Assembly: GCA_963791345.1 (NCBI GenBank)
Contig: CAWBRS010000021.1
Span: forward strand, 656,225-720,224
DNA length: 64,000 nt
From: an uncultured Thermoleophilia bacterium
GTDB lineage: Bacteria; Actinomycetota; Thermoleophilia; UBA2241
Direction: 5' to 3'
Part shown: positions 30,973 through 41,197 of the stretch, piece by piece
Layout: each line of letters starts with the position of its first letter
Numbering within the stretch: the stretch's first letter is position 1
Made by a program: the position numbers and the translations under genes
The notes under the pieces: model-generated
The model's input: only the letters and a program-made list of their open reading frames with translations
What the model was told of the DNA's origin: nothing
Database searches by the model: none

Positions 30973-31371
30973 CTACTTGAGCTCGACGGTGGCGCCGGCG
31001 TCCTCGAGCTGCTTCTTGGCGTCCTCGGCCTCGTCCTTGGTGACGCCTTCCTTGATCGTCTTGGGCGCGCCCTCGACCACGTCCTTGGCCTCCTTGAGGC
31101 CGAGGCCGGTCAGCGCGCGGACGACCTTGATGACCTGGATCTTCTGGTCGCCGAAGGCGGTGAGGACCACGTCGAACGCGGTCTGCTCCTCGACCTCGGC
31201 CTCGGCCGGAGCCGCGCCGGCGGGAGCGGCCGCCATGGCCACGGGGGCCGCCGCGCTCACACCGAACTCCTCCTCGAGGGCTTTGACGAGCTCGGAGAGC
31301 TCGATCACGCTCATGCCTTTGATGGCCTCGATGAGCTGGTCCTTCGTCAGGGTCTTGCCTGCCATCGTCAC
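30973..31371 (-). CDS. rplL: 50S ribosomal protein L7/L12
   Basis: 132-aa ORF ..[47 protein letters not shown].. TAG stop. Confidence 0.97.
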   Translation of the reverse strand: MTMAGKTLTKDQLIEAIKGMSVIELSELVKALEEEFGVSAAAPVAMAAAPAGAAPAEAEVEEQTAFDVVLTAFGDQKIQVIKVVRALTGLGLKEAKDVVEGAPKTIKEGVTKDEAEDAKKQLEDAGATVELK

Positions 31372-31422
31372 TTCACCTCGCCGTTCTGGCTTGTCGTCGT
31401 TGTGCGGAGGGGGCGCCGGGGC

Positions 31423-31974
31423 TCACGCCTCGCCGGCCGCCGCCTTCTGCTCGGCTACCTGGTTCAGCGCCCGCACGAAGCCGCCGATCGTGCCCTGCAG
31501 CACCGTGACGAGACCCGTCATGGGCGCCGCGAGAGTGCTGACCACCTGGGCGACCAGGGTGTCGCGCGGCGGCAGGCTGGCGAGTGCGCGCAGCTGCCCG
31601 GCGTCGAGCAGCGCGCCGGCCATCAGGCCGCCGCGCACCTCGAGCTGTGGGTGGGTGCGTGCGTAGTCGGCGATCGCCTTGGCCGCCGCCACCGGGTCGT
31701 CGCCGCAGAAGGTCACGGCGGTGGGCCCGCTGAGCAGGTCCTTGAGGGTCTCGCGGCCGGCGCGCTCGGCGGCGAGGGTCCCCAGGGTGTTCTTGACGAT
31801 CTTGAAGCGCGCCCCGCTCTGACGGAGCGTGCCGCGCAGCTCCGAGAGCTGGGCCACCGTCAGGCCGCGGTAGTCGCTCACGAACACCGTCTCGGTGCCC
31901 TCGAGCAGCTCCGCCACCTCGGCGATCACAGCCTCTTTCTCACTTCTCAGCATCTCGACCTCGCTGTCCGACAA
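31423..31974 (-). CDS. rplJ: 50S ribosomal protein L10
   Basis: 183-aa ORF upstream of rplL; ..VFVSDYRGLTVAQLSELRGTLRQSGARFKIVKNTL.. Confidence 0.95.
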   Translation of the reverse strand: MSDSEVEMLRSEKEAVIAEVAELLEGTETVFVSDYRGLTVAQLSELRGTLRQSGARFKIVKNTLGTLAAERAGRETLKDLLSGPTAVTFCGDDPVAAAKAIADYARTHPQLEVRGGLMAGALLDAGQLRALASLPPRDTLVAQVVSTLAAPMTGLVTVLQGTIGGFVRALNQVAEQKAAAGEA

Positions 31975-32177
31975 GAAAGCCCACTCCCGGGGACGGGAGC
32001 GGGCACGGCGGCGGGTGCGGCACGCTCATCGCCTCGGGTGGCGGGCCCTGCGGCCCATTAAGCTCCCCGGAGGGAGCGCCGACCTTCATCGGCCGCGGCG
32101 CCGGTGGCGCCGCGAGGGCGGAGTATAGAACGCCGGGGGCGGCGGCGGCAACCCCTCGGGCGGGCGGCCCGCGCGGT
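31975..32177 (-). promoter_or_regulatory. Untranslated leader of rplJ (position of the L10 autoregulatory leader)
   Basis: 203-nt ORF-poor gap between rplA stop and rplJ start. Called from position only; I did not fold it. Confidence 0.3.
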
Positions 32178-32882
32178 TCAGTCCTCGGCCAGGTCGCGCG
32201 TGCGCGCCGGGTCGAGGGCGATGCTCGGCCCCATCGTCGTGGCGATGTGGATGCTCTTGAGGTACTTGCCCTTCGCCGCCGCCGGCTTGGCGCGCACGAT
32301 CTCGTCGAGCACGCCGCCGTAGTTCTCGAGCAGCTGCGACTCACCGAACGACTTGCGCCCGATCGAGAGGTGGATGATGCCCGAGCGGTCGGTGCGGTAC
32401 TCGACCTTGCCGCCCTTGGCGTCGCCGACCGCCTTGGCGACGTCGAAGGTGACGGTGCCCGACTTCGGGTTGGGCATGAGGCCGCGCGGACCGAGGATGC
32501 GGCCCAGCTTGCCGACCGTGCCCATCATGTCGGGCGTCGCGATGGCGACGTCGAAGTCGAGCTTGCCCTCCTGCACCTGCTTGACGAGGTCGGCGGAGCC
32601 GACCAGGTCGGCGCCGGCCTCCTGCGCCTCGCGCGCCTTGTCGCCCTCGGCGAACACCGCGACCCGCATCTCCTTGCCGGTCCCGTGCGGCAGCACAGTC
32701 GTACCGCGCACGATCTGGTCGGCGTGGCGCACGTCGACGCCGAGACGGAAGTGCACCTCGACGGTCTCGTCGAACTTGGCGCCCTCGAGCGATTTGAGCA
32801 GGCGGAAGCCCTCGAGCGGGCTGTAGAGATGCGTGCCGTCGATGGCGCGCCGGGCGGTGGTGTACGTGCGGCCTCTGGCCAT
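32178..32882 (-). CDS. rplA: 50S ribosomal protein L1
   Basis: 234-aa ORF ..[34 protein letters not shown].. Confidence 0.97.
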   Translation of the reverse strand: MARGRTYTTARRAIDGTHLYSPLEGFRLLKSLEGAKFDETVEVHFRLGVDVRHADQIVRGTTVLPHGTGKEMRVAVFAEGDKAREAQEAGADLVGSADLVKQVQEGKLDFDVAIATPDMMGTVGKLGRILGPRGLMPNPKSGTVTFDVAKAVGDAKGGKVEYRTDRSGIIHLSIGRKSFGESQLLENYGGVLDEIVRAKPAAAKGKYLKSIHIATTMGPSIALDPARTRDLAED

Positions 32883-32965
32883 GGTGCTGAACCTCCTGTG
32901 GTCCGAGCGGCGACCCGAGGTCGCCTCCCACTCCTCGCCGCGGTACGGCCGCGGCCATGTCTACG

Positions 32966-33391
32966 TCAGTCGGCGACCTCGACGCCCATGCTGCGCGCCG
33001 TGCCCTCGATGATCTTCATCGCCGCGTCGACGTCGTTGGCGTTGAGGTCGGGCATCTTGAGCTCGGCGATCTCGCGGACCTTCTCGCGCGAGACGGTGCC
33101 GACCTTGACGCGGTTGGGCTCGCCGGAGCCCTTGTCGATGCCGAGCGCCTCACGCAGCAGGACGGCGGCCGGCGGCGTCTTCGTGATGAACTTGAAGCTG
33201 CGGTCCTCGAAGACCGTGATCTCGACCGGGATGATGGTGCCGTCCTGGGCCTGCGTCTGGGCGTTGAACGCCTTGCAGAATTCCATGATGTTGACGGCGT
33301 GCTGGCCGAGGGCCGGCCCGACCGGCGGCGCTGGGTTGGCCTGCCCGGCGGGGATCTGCAGCTTGATGAGCGTCAGGACCTTCTTGGCCAC
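32966..33391 (-). CDS. rplK: 50S ribosomal protein L11
   Basis: 141-aa [47 protein letters not shown].. Confidence 0.97.
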   Translation of the reverse strand: MAKKVLTLIKLQIPAGQANPAPPVGPALGQHAVNIMEFCKAFNAQTQAQDGTIIPVEITVFEDRSFKFITKTPPAAVLLREALGIDKGSGEPNRVKVGTVSREKVREIAELKMPDLNANDVDAAMKIIEGTARSMGVEVAD

Positions 33392-33416
33392 TGCTTCCTC
33401 GCTTCGTCGTGCGTCG

Positions 33417-33941
33417 TCAGGATGTCTTCTTGACCTGGTCGAACCCGAGCTCGACCGGCGTCTCGCGGCCGAAGATCGAGACCATCACCTTGAGCCTGCT
33501 CTGGTCGAGGTTGACCTCGACCACCTCACCCGAGAAGTCGGAGAGCGGGCCCGACGTGACGCGCACGACCTCTCCGACCGAGAACTCGGCCTTCTGCTTG
33601 GGCCGCTCGACGGTGGCCGTGTGGAGGATGCGGTCGACCTCGGCGCGGGAGAGCGCCACGGGCTTGTTGTTGGCGCCGACGAACCCGGTGACGCCGGGCG
33701 TGTTCTTCACGACCGACCAGGTGTCGTCGGTGAGCTCCATCTGGACCAGGACGTAGCCCGGGAACACACGGCGCTCCTGGGTGACCTTCTGGCCGTCCTT
33801 CGTCTCGACGACCTGCTCGGTCGGCACGACGATCTGGACGATGCGCTCCTCTTGCTTCATCGACTGGCGCCGGTGCTCGAGATTGGCCTTGACCTTGTTC
33901 TCGTGACCGGAATACGTGTTGACGACGTACCACTGGAACAT
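33417..33941 (-). CDS. nusG: Transcription termination/antitermination factor NusG
   Basis: 174-aa [29 protein letters not shown]..; [22 protein letters not shown]. Confidence 0.96.
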   Translation of the reverse strand: MFQWYVVNTYSGHENKVKANLEHRRQSMKQEERIVQIVVPTEQVVETKDGQKVTQERRVFPGYVLVQMELTDDTWSVVKNTPGVTGFVGANNKPVALSRAEVDRILHTATVERPKQKAEFSVGEVVRVTSGPLSDFSGEVVEVNLDQSRLKVMVSIFGRETPVELGFDQVKKTS

Positions 33942-33948
33942 GCGCGCC

Positions 33949-34308
33949 TCAGGTGATCAGGTTGAGGATCTGGTCGACCACCTCGGAGAAGGCGGCGTCC
34001 AGCCCGGCGACGTACACGGCGGCGATGGCGACGGCGACGAGCACGACGAGCGTCGACTGCATGAGGTCGCGGCGACTGGGCCACGAGACCTTGCCGAGCT
34101 CGATGCGCACCTCGCGCATGAACTTGCGGAGACTGCGCTTCTCCCGCCCGCTGCGGGCCGACGACTTCGTCTGGGCCCGCGCCCGCGTCGACTTGCCGGC
34201 CTTGCCGCCGCTCTTGGCCTCGCTCGCGCGGCCGGCCTTGTCGGACGCCTTGCCGGTGCCCTGCGTGGGGCGGGTCTTGCTCTGCTTGTTCCTGACGGCC
34301 TTAGCCAC
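33949..34308 (-). CDS. secE: Preprotein translocase subunit SecE (basic N-terminal extension)
   Basis: 119-aa ORF. C-terminal KFMREVRIELGKVSWPSRRDLMQSTLVVLVAVAIAAVYV is a single TM. Lies between tRNA-Trp and nusG. Confidence 0.87.
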   Translation of the reverse strand: MAKAVRNKQSKTRPTQGTGKASDKAGRASEAKSGGKAGKSTRARAQTKSSARSGREKRSLRKFMREVRIELGKVSWPSRRDLMQSTLVVLVAVAIAAVYVAGLDAAFSEVVDQILNLIT

Positions 34309-34328
34309 TCAACCGCTCCGATGATCGT

Positions 34329-34404
34329 TGGCAGGGCTGGAGGGACTCGAACCCCCGACCCCCGGTTTTGGAGACCGGTGCTCTACCAATTGAGCTACAG
34401 CCCT
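34329..34404 (-). tRNA. tRNA-Trp (anticodon CCA), CCA end encoded
   Basis: Reverse complement AGGGCTGTAGCTCAATTGGTAGAGCACCGGTCTCCAAAACCGGGGGTCGGGGGTTCGAGTCCCTCCAGCCCTGCCA. Canonical cloverleaf, GTTCGAGTC T-arm, anticodon loop CTCCAAA. Confidence 0.95.
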
Positions 34405-34421
34405 AGTAGCCCAAGGAGGCG

Positions 34422-34571
34422 CTAGCGCGTCTCCTTGTGGACGGTGTGCGTCCCGCACCAGCGACAGTACTTCTTGAGCTCGATGCGGTCCGGGTCGTTC
34501 TTCTTGTTCTTGTTGGTGTGGTAGTTGCGGCGCTTGCACTCCTGGCAAGCGAGCGTGACCATCTGGCGCAC
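34422..34571 (-). CDS. rpmG: 50S ribosomal protein L33 (zinc-ribbon form)
   Basis: Too short for the track. Own translation (V)[51 protein letters not shown] 34571 sits behind GGGTGA; ATG at 34562 is an alternative. TAG stop. Confidence 0.88.
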   Translation of the reverse strand: MRQMVTLACQECKRRNYHTNKNKKNDPDRIELKKYCRWCGTHTVHKETR

Positions 34572-35228
34572 GTCTCACCCTTTCTGCGAAAGCACGTAAG
34601 GATACCCCGACCCCGAGAGACCGGTCAACGCGACCGCGACGCACGCGGCGGGGGCCGACGCACGGCGCGCCAGTATAGCAGAGCGGGCCCGGGGCGCGAA
34701 CCGGGCGCGGGCGGCGCGCCCGTGCCGCCGCGCCGGCGGGCGCCCGCCGGCGGCCGGGCGGGGGCACGTCGCGGCCGGGCGGGGCAGGCGACCGGCCGAA
34801 GGCGGGCGCCACCGGCGCCTGCGCCCGCCGCGCGATGGGGTATCGTGTCCTCACGCACCATGGCCGAAGACGACGACATGAGGGAGCTCGCAGGCGCCGG
34901 CGGAACGGGCGGTGGCGGCGGGGCCGGCGGCTCGCCGCCGCCACCGCCCGACACACCCTCGGCGCCCCCGGACCCGGTCTCGGCGCCCCCCGGCCCGGTC
35001 ACGGCGCCCAAGGCCCGATCCCGGCGCCGCTGACCCCGGTCCCGGCGCCGCCGGAGGCGCCCCCGCCACGGCCGACTCACGTCGTGCCGCCGCCGCTCGC
35101 ACGGCGCCCCGCGCCTCCACCACCGCCCCCACCGGGCCAGAGCGTCCCTCCGCCGTCGTCGCCGCGACGCCACCCGGTGCCTCCGCCGCCGCCCTACGTC
35201 GCGCCGGCCGGCCCCCAGCCGATGACCG

Positions 35229-36006
35229 GTGGCGAAGCTCCCGCCGGCACCCGACCGCCCGTCTACACCCAGCCGCCCACCGGCGCCCAGCCGATACGGT
35301 CCGCGGCGACCCCGACGCTCGAGCGCCAGGGCGTGGGGCTGGCCGGAGGCGCTGCTCGGCGTCGTCGTCGGCTTCGGCCCCCAGGTCCTGCTCTACGTGG
35401 CGGCCCTGTACGGAGGCGCCCTCGAGACCGAGACGACGATCGCAGAGGTCACCCTCTTCAGCGCGGGCGTCGTCATCGTCTCCACCCTCGTCCTGTACGG
35501 ATGGCAGACCGCCGCCGCCTGGCTCTTCTCGCTGCGGATCGGCCGTCAGGGCCTTGCCGGCTGGGGTTTCGCCAGGCCGAGTGCGGCCTTCTTCTGGACC
35601 ATCCCCGTCGCCCTCGTGGCGAGCTACGCGGTCTCCGCCGTGCACGAGGAGATCGTCGAACCCCCCGCCCCAGGACATCGTCGAGCAGTTCCCGCGCACG
35701 GTCGCCGGCGGGGCGCTCTTCGTCGTCATCGCCGTGGTCTTCGCACCGCTCTTCGAGGAGATCTTCTTCCGCGGCTTCGTCTACAAGGGGCTCCGGAACT
35801 CCTGGGGCTGGTGGCCGGCGGCGCTCGGCTCGGCGGCCGTCTTCAGCATGGCGCACCTGCAGTTGACCGTCTTCGTGCCGATCTTCGCCCTCGGGGTCGC
35901 GCTCGCTTGGGTGTACGAGCGCACGGGGTCGTTGTGGACGAGCATCGCCATGCACGCGATCTTCAACGGGCTGGCCGTGCTCGTCTGGGCGCTGGGTGTG
36001 GCGTAG
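35229..36006 (+). CDS. CPBP-family intramembrane glutamic endopeptidase (CAAX protease/Abi), frame broken at a C-run (about 35661-35666)
   Basis: TM region ..AWGWPEALLGVVVGFGPQVLLYV.. is in the frame of ORF 35229..36320. The catalytic part ..FAPLFEEIFFRGFVYKGL..AAVFSMAHL..HAIFNG is in the frame of ORF 34912..36006. The 5' limit is uncertain because proline-rich ORFs lie upstream. Confidence 0.75.
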
Positions 36007-36046
36007 GCCGGTCTGACGAGACGAGCGGCGGTCCGGCCGCCGAAGC

Positions 36047-36124
36047 GGGGCCAGCGCAGCAGCGTCGGGCGCCGCGGCGTGCGGCGGGGTCAGCGCAGCA
36101 GCGTCGGCCGCCGCAGCGTGCGGC
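36047..36124. repeat. Imperfect 39-nt tandem duplication covering the 3' end of the MTAP-like gene
   Basis: ggggccagcgcagcagcgtcgggcgccgcggcgtgcggc is followed directly by ggggtcagcgcagcagcgtcggccgccgcagcgtgcggc (3 mismatches). Confidence 0.85.
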
Positions 36125-36911
36125 AGTGGCAGTCGTCGTCCGCGGGCAGGGCGCGCAGCGCCTCGAGGAGGACGCGCCCGATCAGCGGGCCGTCGTCGCG
36201 GAAGATGCGCGCCAGCTCCTCGTGCTCCCAGTCCCGCACGACCCCCTCGCCGTAGTTCACGACGACGTAGAGGCCCGCGTAGCAGGCGCCGATGTCGCGC
36301 GCCAGCCAGACCTCGGGTGAGAAGCTCTGGCCCACGATGTCGCCCATGGTCTGCAGGCGGCGCACCTCGGCCGGCGACTCGAAGCGCGGGCCCTCGGTGA
36401 CCACGTAGACCCCGCGCGAGAAGAGGCGGCGTTCGGGCGCGAGCCGCCGGGCCGCGGCGAGCAGCGCCTCGCGCCCCGTCGCGCACACCGGCTCCCGCAT
36501 GATCAGCAGATGGTCGCCCACGACCATGCCGAGGCGGTCGCGGTCGGTGGTCAGGTCGACGAAGTCGTCGGGCACGACCAGGTCACCGGGATCGAGCAGG
36601 TGGTCGAGGCTGCCGACGCCGGCGTCGGAGAGGATGCGGCGCACGCCGGCCCGGTGGAGCACGCTGAAGACCTGGCGCGAGGCGCGCCCGCGCGACACGC
36701 CCGGCCGCCAGCCGTGCATGCCCACGTGGAGCGCGCGCCGCCCGTCGAGTTCGAACAACACGAACGGAGGACTGTCGCCCCATGGGGTCTCGATGACGAG
36801 GTCGCGCTCGAGGACCCTGACCGCCGGGTCGAGACCCTCGGGGAACGGTGCCGTGTACGAGCCGGACCCGCCGATGACCGCCAGCCCCGCCGTGGGGACG
36901 CCGGCGGTCAC
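36090..36911 (-). CDS. S-methyl-5'-thioadenosine / purine nucleoside phosphorylase family protein
   Basis: 273-aa ORF; ..LAVIGGSGSY..; ..TEGPRFESPAEVRRLQTMGDIVGQSFSPEVWLARDIGACYAGL.. resembles MTAP family blocks. Confidence 0.8.
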   Translation of the reverse strand: MTAGVPTAGLAVIGGSGSYTAPFPEGLDPAVRVLERDLVIETPWGDSPPFVLFELDGRRALHVGMHGWRPGVSRGRASRQVFSVLHRAGVRRILSDAGVGSLDHLLDPGDLVVPDDFVDLTTDRDRLGMVVGDHLLIMREPVCATGREALLAAARRLAPERRLFSRGVYVVTEGPRFESPAEVRRLQTMGDIVGQSFSPEVWLARDIGACYAGLYVVVNYGEGVVRDWEHEELARIFRDDGPLIGRVLLEALRALPADDDCHCRTLRRPTLLR

Positions 36912-36912
36912 G

Positions 36913-37692
36913 TCAGAACGCCCCGAGCTCGGCGGCCACGCTCAGGACCATGAGCTGCGCGTGGTCGCCGTTGTCCGAGGTGAACTGGCGCAGCGCCTGG
37001 TCGAGCTCGCGCGCGAAGGCGCGCACCTCGCCGATGGGCGTCTCGCCGGCGACGACCTGTTCGCCGGGCTCGACACGTACGTCGGCGACGTGCGTGATCA
37101 CGAGCAGCAGCGTGGGGTCGGAGGCCAGCCGGATGTCGACCTGGACGTCGCGGTGGCGCCCGAGGAGGTCGTACTCCTTGACCGCGGTGACGACGCCGTC
37201 GACCGGGCTGACGATGCTCGAGCCGGGAGCGGCGCCGACGGAGAGGCCGGCCGTGCCGGCCGAGGCGTCGCCGCCTTCGCCCTCGATCAGGTAGTACTGC
37301 ACGCCGCCGCCGCTCTTGAAGATGTCGGCGAGACGACGGCCGATGCCGCCGCCGCTGACGCACTCACCCTGCGGCGAGAAGGCGACGGCCTCCGGCGTGC
37401 CCACCGGGTGAAAGGCGATCGCCGTCGTGGCCTCGCCCGGGACGGGCAGGACGATGGGCACGTCGCCGACGTGGGCGATGACGATCTGGTCGCCGGCCGG
37501 CGTGGCGCCGAACGTGGGGTGGACGACCGTCTGCGGCACCCGGGCCGGCGTCGCCGTCGGCAACGCGGCCGCAGCCCATATCGCGAAGGAAACGAGGGTC
37601 ACGGCGAGCACCAGCACCCCCAAGCGCCGGCGCCTGATCTGCTTGCGGCGGGCGTCGCGGGCTCGCCGCCGGTCAGTGGTCAGGCCGTACAT
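36913..37692 (-). CDS. Membrane-anchored hypothetical protein with degenerate LytM/M23-like C-terminal domain
   Basis: 259-aa ORF with a basic N-terminus plus TM (LGVLVLAVTLVSFAIWAAAAL). SPVDGVVTAVKEY..ITHVADVRVEPGEQVVAGETPIGEV resembles the M23 barrel but lacks the HxH motif. Confidence 0.5.
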   Translation of the reverse strand: MYGLTTDRRRARDARRKQIRRRRLGVLVLAVTLVSFAIWAAAALPTATPARVPQTVVHPTFGATPAGDQIVIAHVGDVPIVLPVPGEATTAIAFHPVGTPEAVAFSPQGECVSGGGIGRRLADIFKSGGGVQYYLIEGEGGDASAGTAGLSVGAAPGSSIVSPVDGVVTAVKEYDLLGRHRDVQVDIRLASDPTLLLVITHVADVRVEPGEQVVAGETPIGEVRAFARELDQALRQFTSDNGDHAQLMVLSVAAELGAF

Positions 37693-37861
37693 ACGCCCGG
37701 CAGCTTACCGCGACCCTCGGGAAGGGGCAAATCGCGGCGACCGTCGCCGGCCTCCCGGTCGCCGCCCGGGACAACGCTTGAGGTCGCCGCTGCGGGAGCC
37801 GATAGAGAGAGTGAAGTCCCTTGACGGGCGCGAACCGACGCGCCCGCGCACAGGAGTCGTG

Positions 37862-37966
37862 ATGAGAGTCCTGAGAGCAAGAGCCGCCCTCGTCATCGCC
37901 GTGTCGGCGCTGCTCGCCGCGCTGCTCGTGCCGCTGATCGCCTACGCGGCGCAGAACCAGCCGTGA
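37862..37966 (+). CDS. Possible 34-aa hydrophobic micro-protein
   Basis: MRVLRARAALVIAVSALLAALLVPLIAYAAQNQP. The ATG is preceded by AGGAG at 6 nt. Lies in an otherwise gene-free gap upstream of the helicase. Confidence 0.25.
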   Translation: MRVLRARAALVIAVSALLAALLVPLIAYAAQNQP

Positions 37967-38073
37967 CCGGCGCCGCGCGCCCCTGACGGTCGCCCGCCGT
38001 CGCTCCCCACGCTTGCCCGGGGCGTGCCGCCCTTCGACACCGGGCGCGTGCCGTCCTTCGGTAGGATGGGCGC

Positions 38074-40516
38074 ATGCTCCCGCCGAGCGAAGCCCTGCGC
38101 AGCCTGTTCGACCCCGGCCGTCACGGGCAGGTCGTCGCCATCGCCCACGAGGCCGCCCGGCGGGCGCGCCTCTCCGACCTGCCGCGCGACCTCCACCCGG
38201 GGGTGCGCGCCGCGCTGGAGGGCTCCGGCGTCACCCGGCTGTACGCGCACCAGCGCGCGGCGTGGGACCTGCTCGAGAGCGGCGCCAACGTCATCCTCGC
38301 GACCGGCACGGCGAGCGGCAAGTCGCTGGCCTTCACGCTGCCCACCCTGCAGGCCATCGCCGCCGACCCCCAGGCGCGGGCGCTGTACCTCTACCCCACC
38401 AAGGCGCTCGCCCAGGACCAGCTGCGCAAGCTCGGCGCGCTGCGCGCGCCCGGCGCGTCGCCCGCCGTCTACGACGGCGACACGCCGGCCGACCAGCGCG
38501 CCGCGATCCGCCGCACGGTCAACGTGCTCCTCTCCAACCCCGACATGCTGCACGTCGGCGTCCTGCCGGCGCACGAGCGCTGGGCGGAGTTCCTCCACCA
38601 CCTGCGCTACGTCGTGCTCGACGAGGCGCACGTGTACCGCGGCGTGTTCGGCTCGCACGTCGCCCAGGTCGTGCGGCGCCTGCGGCGGCTCTGCGCCGCC
38701 TACGGCGCCGACCCGCGCTTCGTGCTCGCCTCGGCGACGATCGCCGCGCCGCAGGCCTTCGCCGAGCGGCTCGTCGGGCTGCCGTTCGAGGCCATCGAGG
38801 ACGACGGCGCCCCGCGCCACGAGCGCGCCGTCGTCTTCTGGAACCCCCCGCTCGAGGACCCCGGCCAGGGCACCCGGCGGAGCGCTCTCGCCGAGGCCGC
38901 CTACGTGACGAGCGAGGCGGTGCTCGGCGGCGCGCGGGTGATCGCCTTCGCGCCGACGCGCAAGGCGGCGGAGCTCGTCTTCGCGGCGGTCCGCCGCCGG
39001 CTCGACGAACGCGACCCCGCCGCCGCCGAACGCGTGCGGCCCTACCGCGCCGGCTACACGCCGCAGCAGCGCCGCGAGATCGAGCGCCGCCTGTTCGAGC
39101 ACGAGCTCGACGCCGTGGTCGCGACCAGCGCCCTCGAGCTCGGCATCGACGTCGGCGAGCTCGACGTCGCGCTGGTGACCGGCTTCCCCGGCACGGTCAC
39201 CAGCCTGCGGCAGCGCTGGGGCCGGGCCGGCCGGCGAGGTCACGGCTACGCCGTGCTCGTCGCCGGCCAGGACGCGCTCGACCAGTACTTCATGCGCGAG
39301 CCCGAGCGCCTCCTCGGCCGGAGCGTCGAGGAGGCCGTCATCGACCTTCACAACCCGCACATCAGCGCGCCGCACCTCGAGGCCGCCGCCTACGAGCGGC
39401 CGCTCACGGCCGCCGACGAGGTCTACTTCGGGGAGCGCGGGCTCCTTCTCGCCGAACGCCTGGCGGAGGGCGGGCGCCTGCGGCGGCGGGGCGACGGCCT
39501 GGCCTGGGCCAGGCCGCACTCGCCCGCCGCCGAGACCTCGCTGCGCAGCGCCTCCACCGAGCGCTTCGCCATCGTCGAGTCGCGCGACGGCGCGATCCTC
39601 GGCACTCTCGAGGCGGAGCGCGTCTTCCGCTTCGCCCACCCGGGGGCCGTCTACCTGCACCTGGGCGACAGCTACCTCGTGCGTCGTCTCGACCTCGAGC
39701 AGCGGCTCGTGCTCGTCGACGACTTCCCCGGCGCCTACTACACCCAGGCCAAGGTCGACAAGCACGTGCTGATCGCCGGCCAGGGGCTGCCACAGCCGCT
39801 GGCCGAGGGCGCCTCGCTCTTCTTCGGCGAGATCGAGGTCAGCGAGCAGGTCATCGCCTTCCAGAAGCGCGACGTGAGCGACGGGCGCGTGCTCGACACG
39901 ACCCCGCTCGAGCTCCCCGAGCAGGTCTTCACGACCGAGGCCCTGTGGCTCACGCTCACGCCCGAGCTGCTGCAGGGGGCACTGGCCGGTCTGGCGGACG
40001 AGGAGGCCGGCGTCGCGCCGCCGCGCCGGCGCCGGGCAGATCGCCGACCCCGCCCCGCACGTGCCCGGCGCCCTGCACGCCGCCGAGCACGTCCTCATCG
40101 CCCTCCTGCCGCTCTACGCGATGTGCGACCGCTGGGACGTCGGCGGGCTCTCGACCCCGTGGCACTCGCAGACCGACCTGGCGACGATCTTCGTCTACGA
40201 CGGCTACCCCGGCGGCATCGGCCTCTCGCGGCGCGCGCACGACGCCTTCGTCGAGCTGGCCGCCGACGCCCGCCGCCTGGTCGCCGAGTGCCCCTGCGAG
40301 GACGGCTGTCCCTCGTGCGTGCAGAGCCCGAAGTGCGGTAACCTCAACGAGCCGCTCAGCAAGGCCGGCGCGGTGCGGCTGCTCGACGCGGTGCTCGCCG
40401 GCGACGCGGGGCCCGGCGCAGGGTCGGTGGGACCGGCATCGAACGACGCCGAGCCCTCCGCGGCGACCGGGACGGGCCCGCCCGTGCCGCGCCCGGCCGA
40501 GGGCACTGCCACCTGA
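38074..40516 (+). CDS. DEAD/DEAH-box helicase with C-terminal DUF1998 zinc domain (MrfA/YprA-like), frame broken once (about 40000-40030)
   Basis: ORF 38074..40341 has motif I ATGTASGKS, II VLDEAH, III SAT, VI QRWGRAGRRG. ORF 40061..40516 has ..GALHAAEHVLIALLPLYAMCDRWDVGG.. and CPCEDGCPSCVQSPKCGNLNEPL (4-Cys DUF1998). Confidence 0.88.
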
Positions 40517-40527
40517 CGAGGAGACGC

Positions 40528-41115
40528 GTGCCGGACGACATCACCATCGCCCCGCTCGACCCCGCCGACATCGAGGACGTGGCGCCGCTGTGGAAGGCCC
40601 TGCTCGACCACATCGCCGTGCTGCCCGGGGCCGTCGTGCCGGTGCGCCCGTTCGAGCAGTCGTGGCCGATCGAGCGCGCCGAGATGCTCGAGGCGCTGGC
40701 CGGCGGGGCGTTCGTGCTCGCCGCACGGCGCGGCGGCGAGGTCCTGGGCTACGCCTACGTCCTCGTCGAGGGGCCGGACGCGGTCTGGTACACCGGCGAC
40801 AGCCACGCCGTGCTGGCCCACCTGAGCGTCGCCGACGGGTCGCGCGGCGCCGGCGTCGGCACGGCGCTCATGGACGCCGTCGACGCGGAGCTCGAGCGCC
40901 GCGGCATCGAGGACGTCGAGATCGGCGTCGACCCCGCGAACCACGACGCGGCGCGCTTCTACGAGCAGCGCGGCTACCGCCACGACTTCCACATCTACTA
41001 CGGCTCCCCAGGGCGCAGACCGTGGGCCTGCCTGCGTCGCGAGGCGGCCGACCGCGAGGCCGGGCGCGGGCGCTTCGCGCCGCCCGGCGACCCGTCCGGG
41101 GCTCACTCCGCCTGA
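40528..41115 (+). CDS. GNAT family N-acetyltransferase
   Basis: 195-aa ORF 11 nt after the helicase. ..VADGSRGAGVGTALMDAVDAELERRG..DPANHDAARFYEQRGY (acetyl-CoA binding motif A). Confidence 0.85.
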   Translation: MPDDITIAPLDPADIEDVAPLWKALLDHIAVLPGAVVPVRPFEQSWPIERAEMLEALAGGAFVLAARRGGEVLGYAYVLVEGPDAVWYTGDSHAVLAHLSVADGSRGAGVGTALMDAVDAELERRGIEDVEIGVDPANHDAARFYEQRGYRHDFHIYYGSPGRRPWACLRREAADREAGRGRFAPPGDPSGAHSA

Positions 41116-41197
41116 GCGCAACGCTCGTGTCGCCGGGTCGTGCCGGGCCCGGTGAGACGGCGCATCGAGCGACGCCGCGGTCGAAGGTGAGCGCGGC

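Noticed and set aside
34329-34404. tRNA-Trp as a possible integration site for a genomic island.
   Set aside because: It sits in the universally conserved rpmG-tRNA-Trp-secE-nusG context. No integrase, direct repeat of the tRNA 3' end or compositional break lies next to it.
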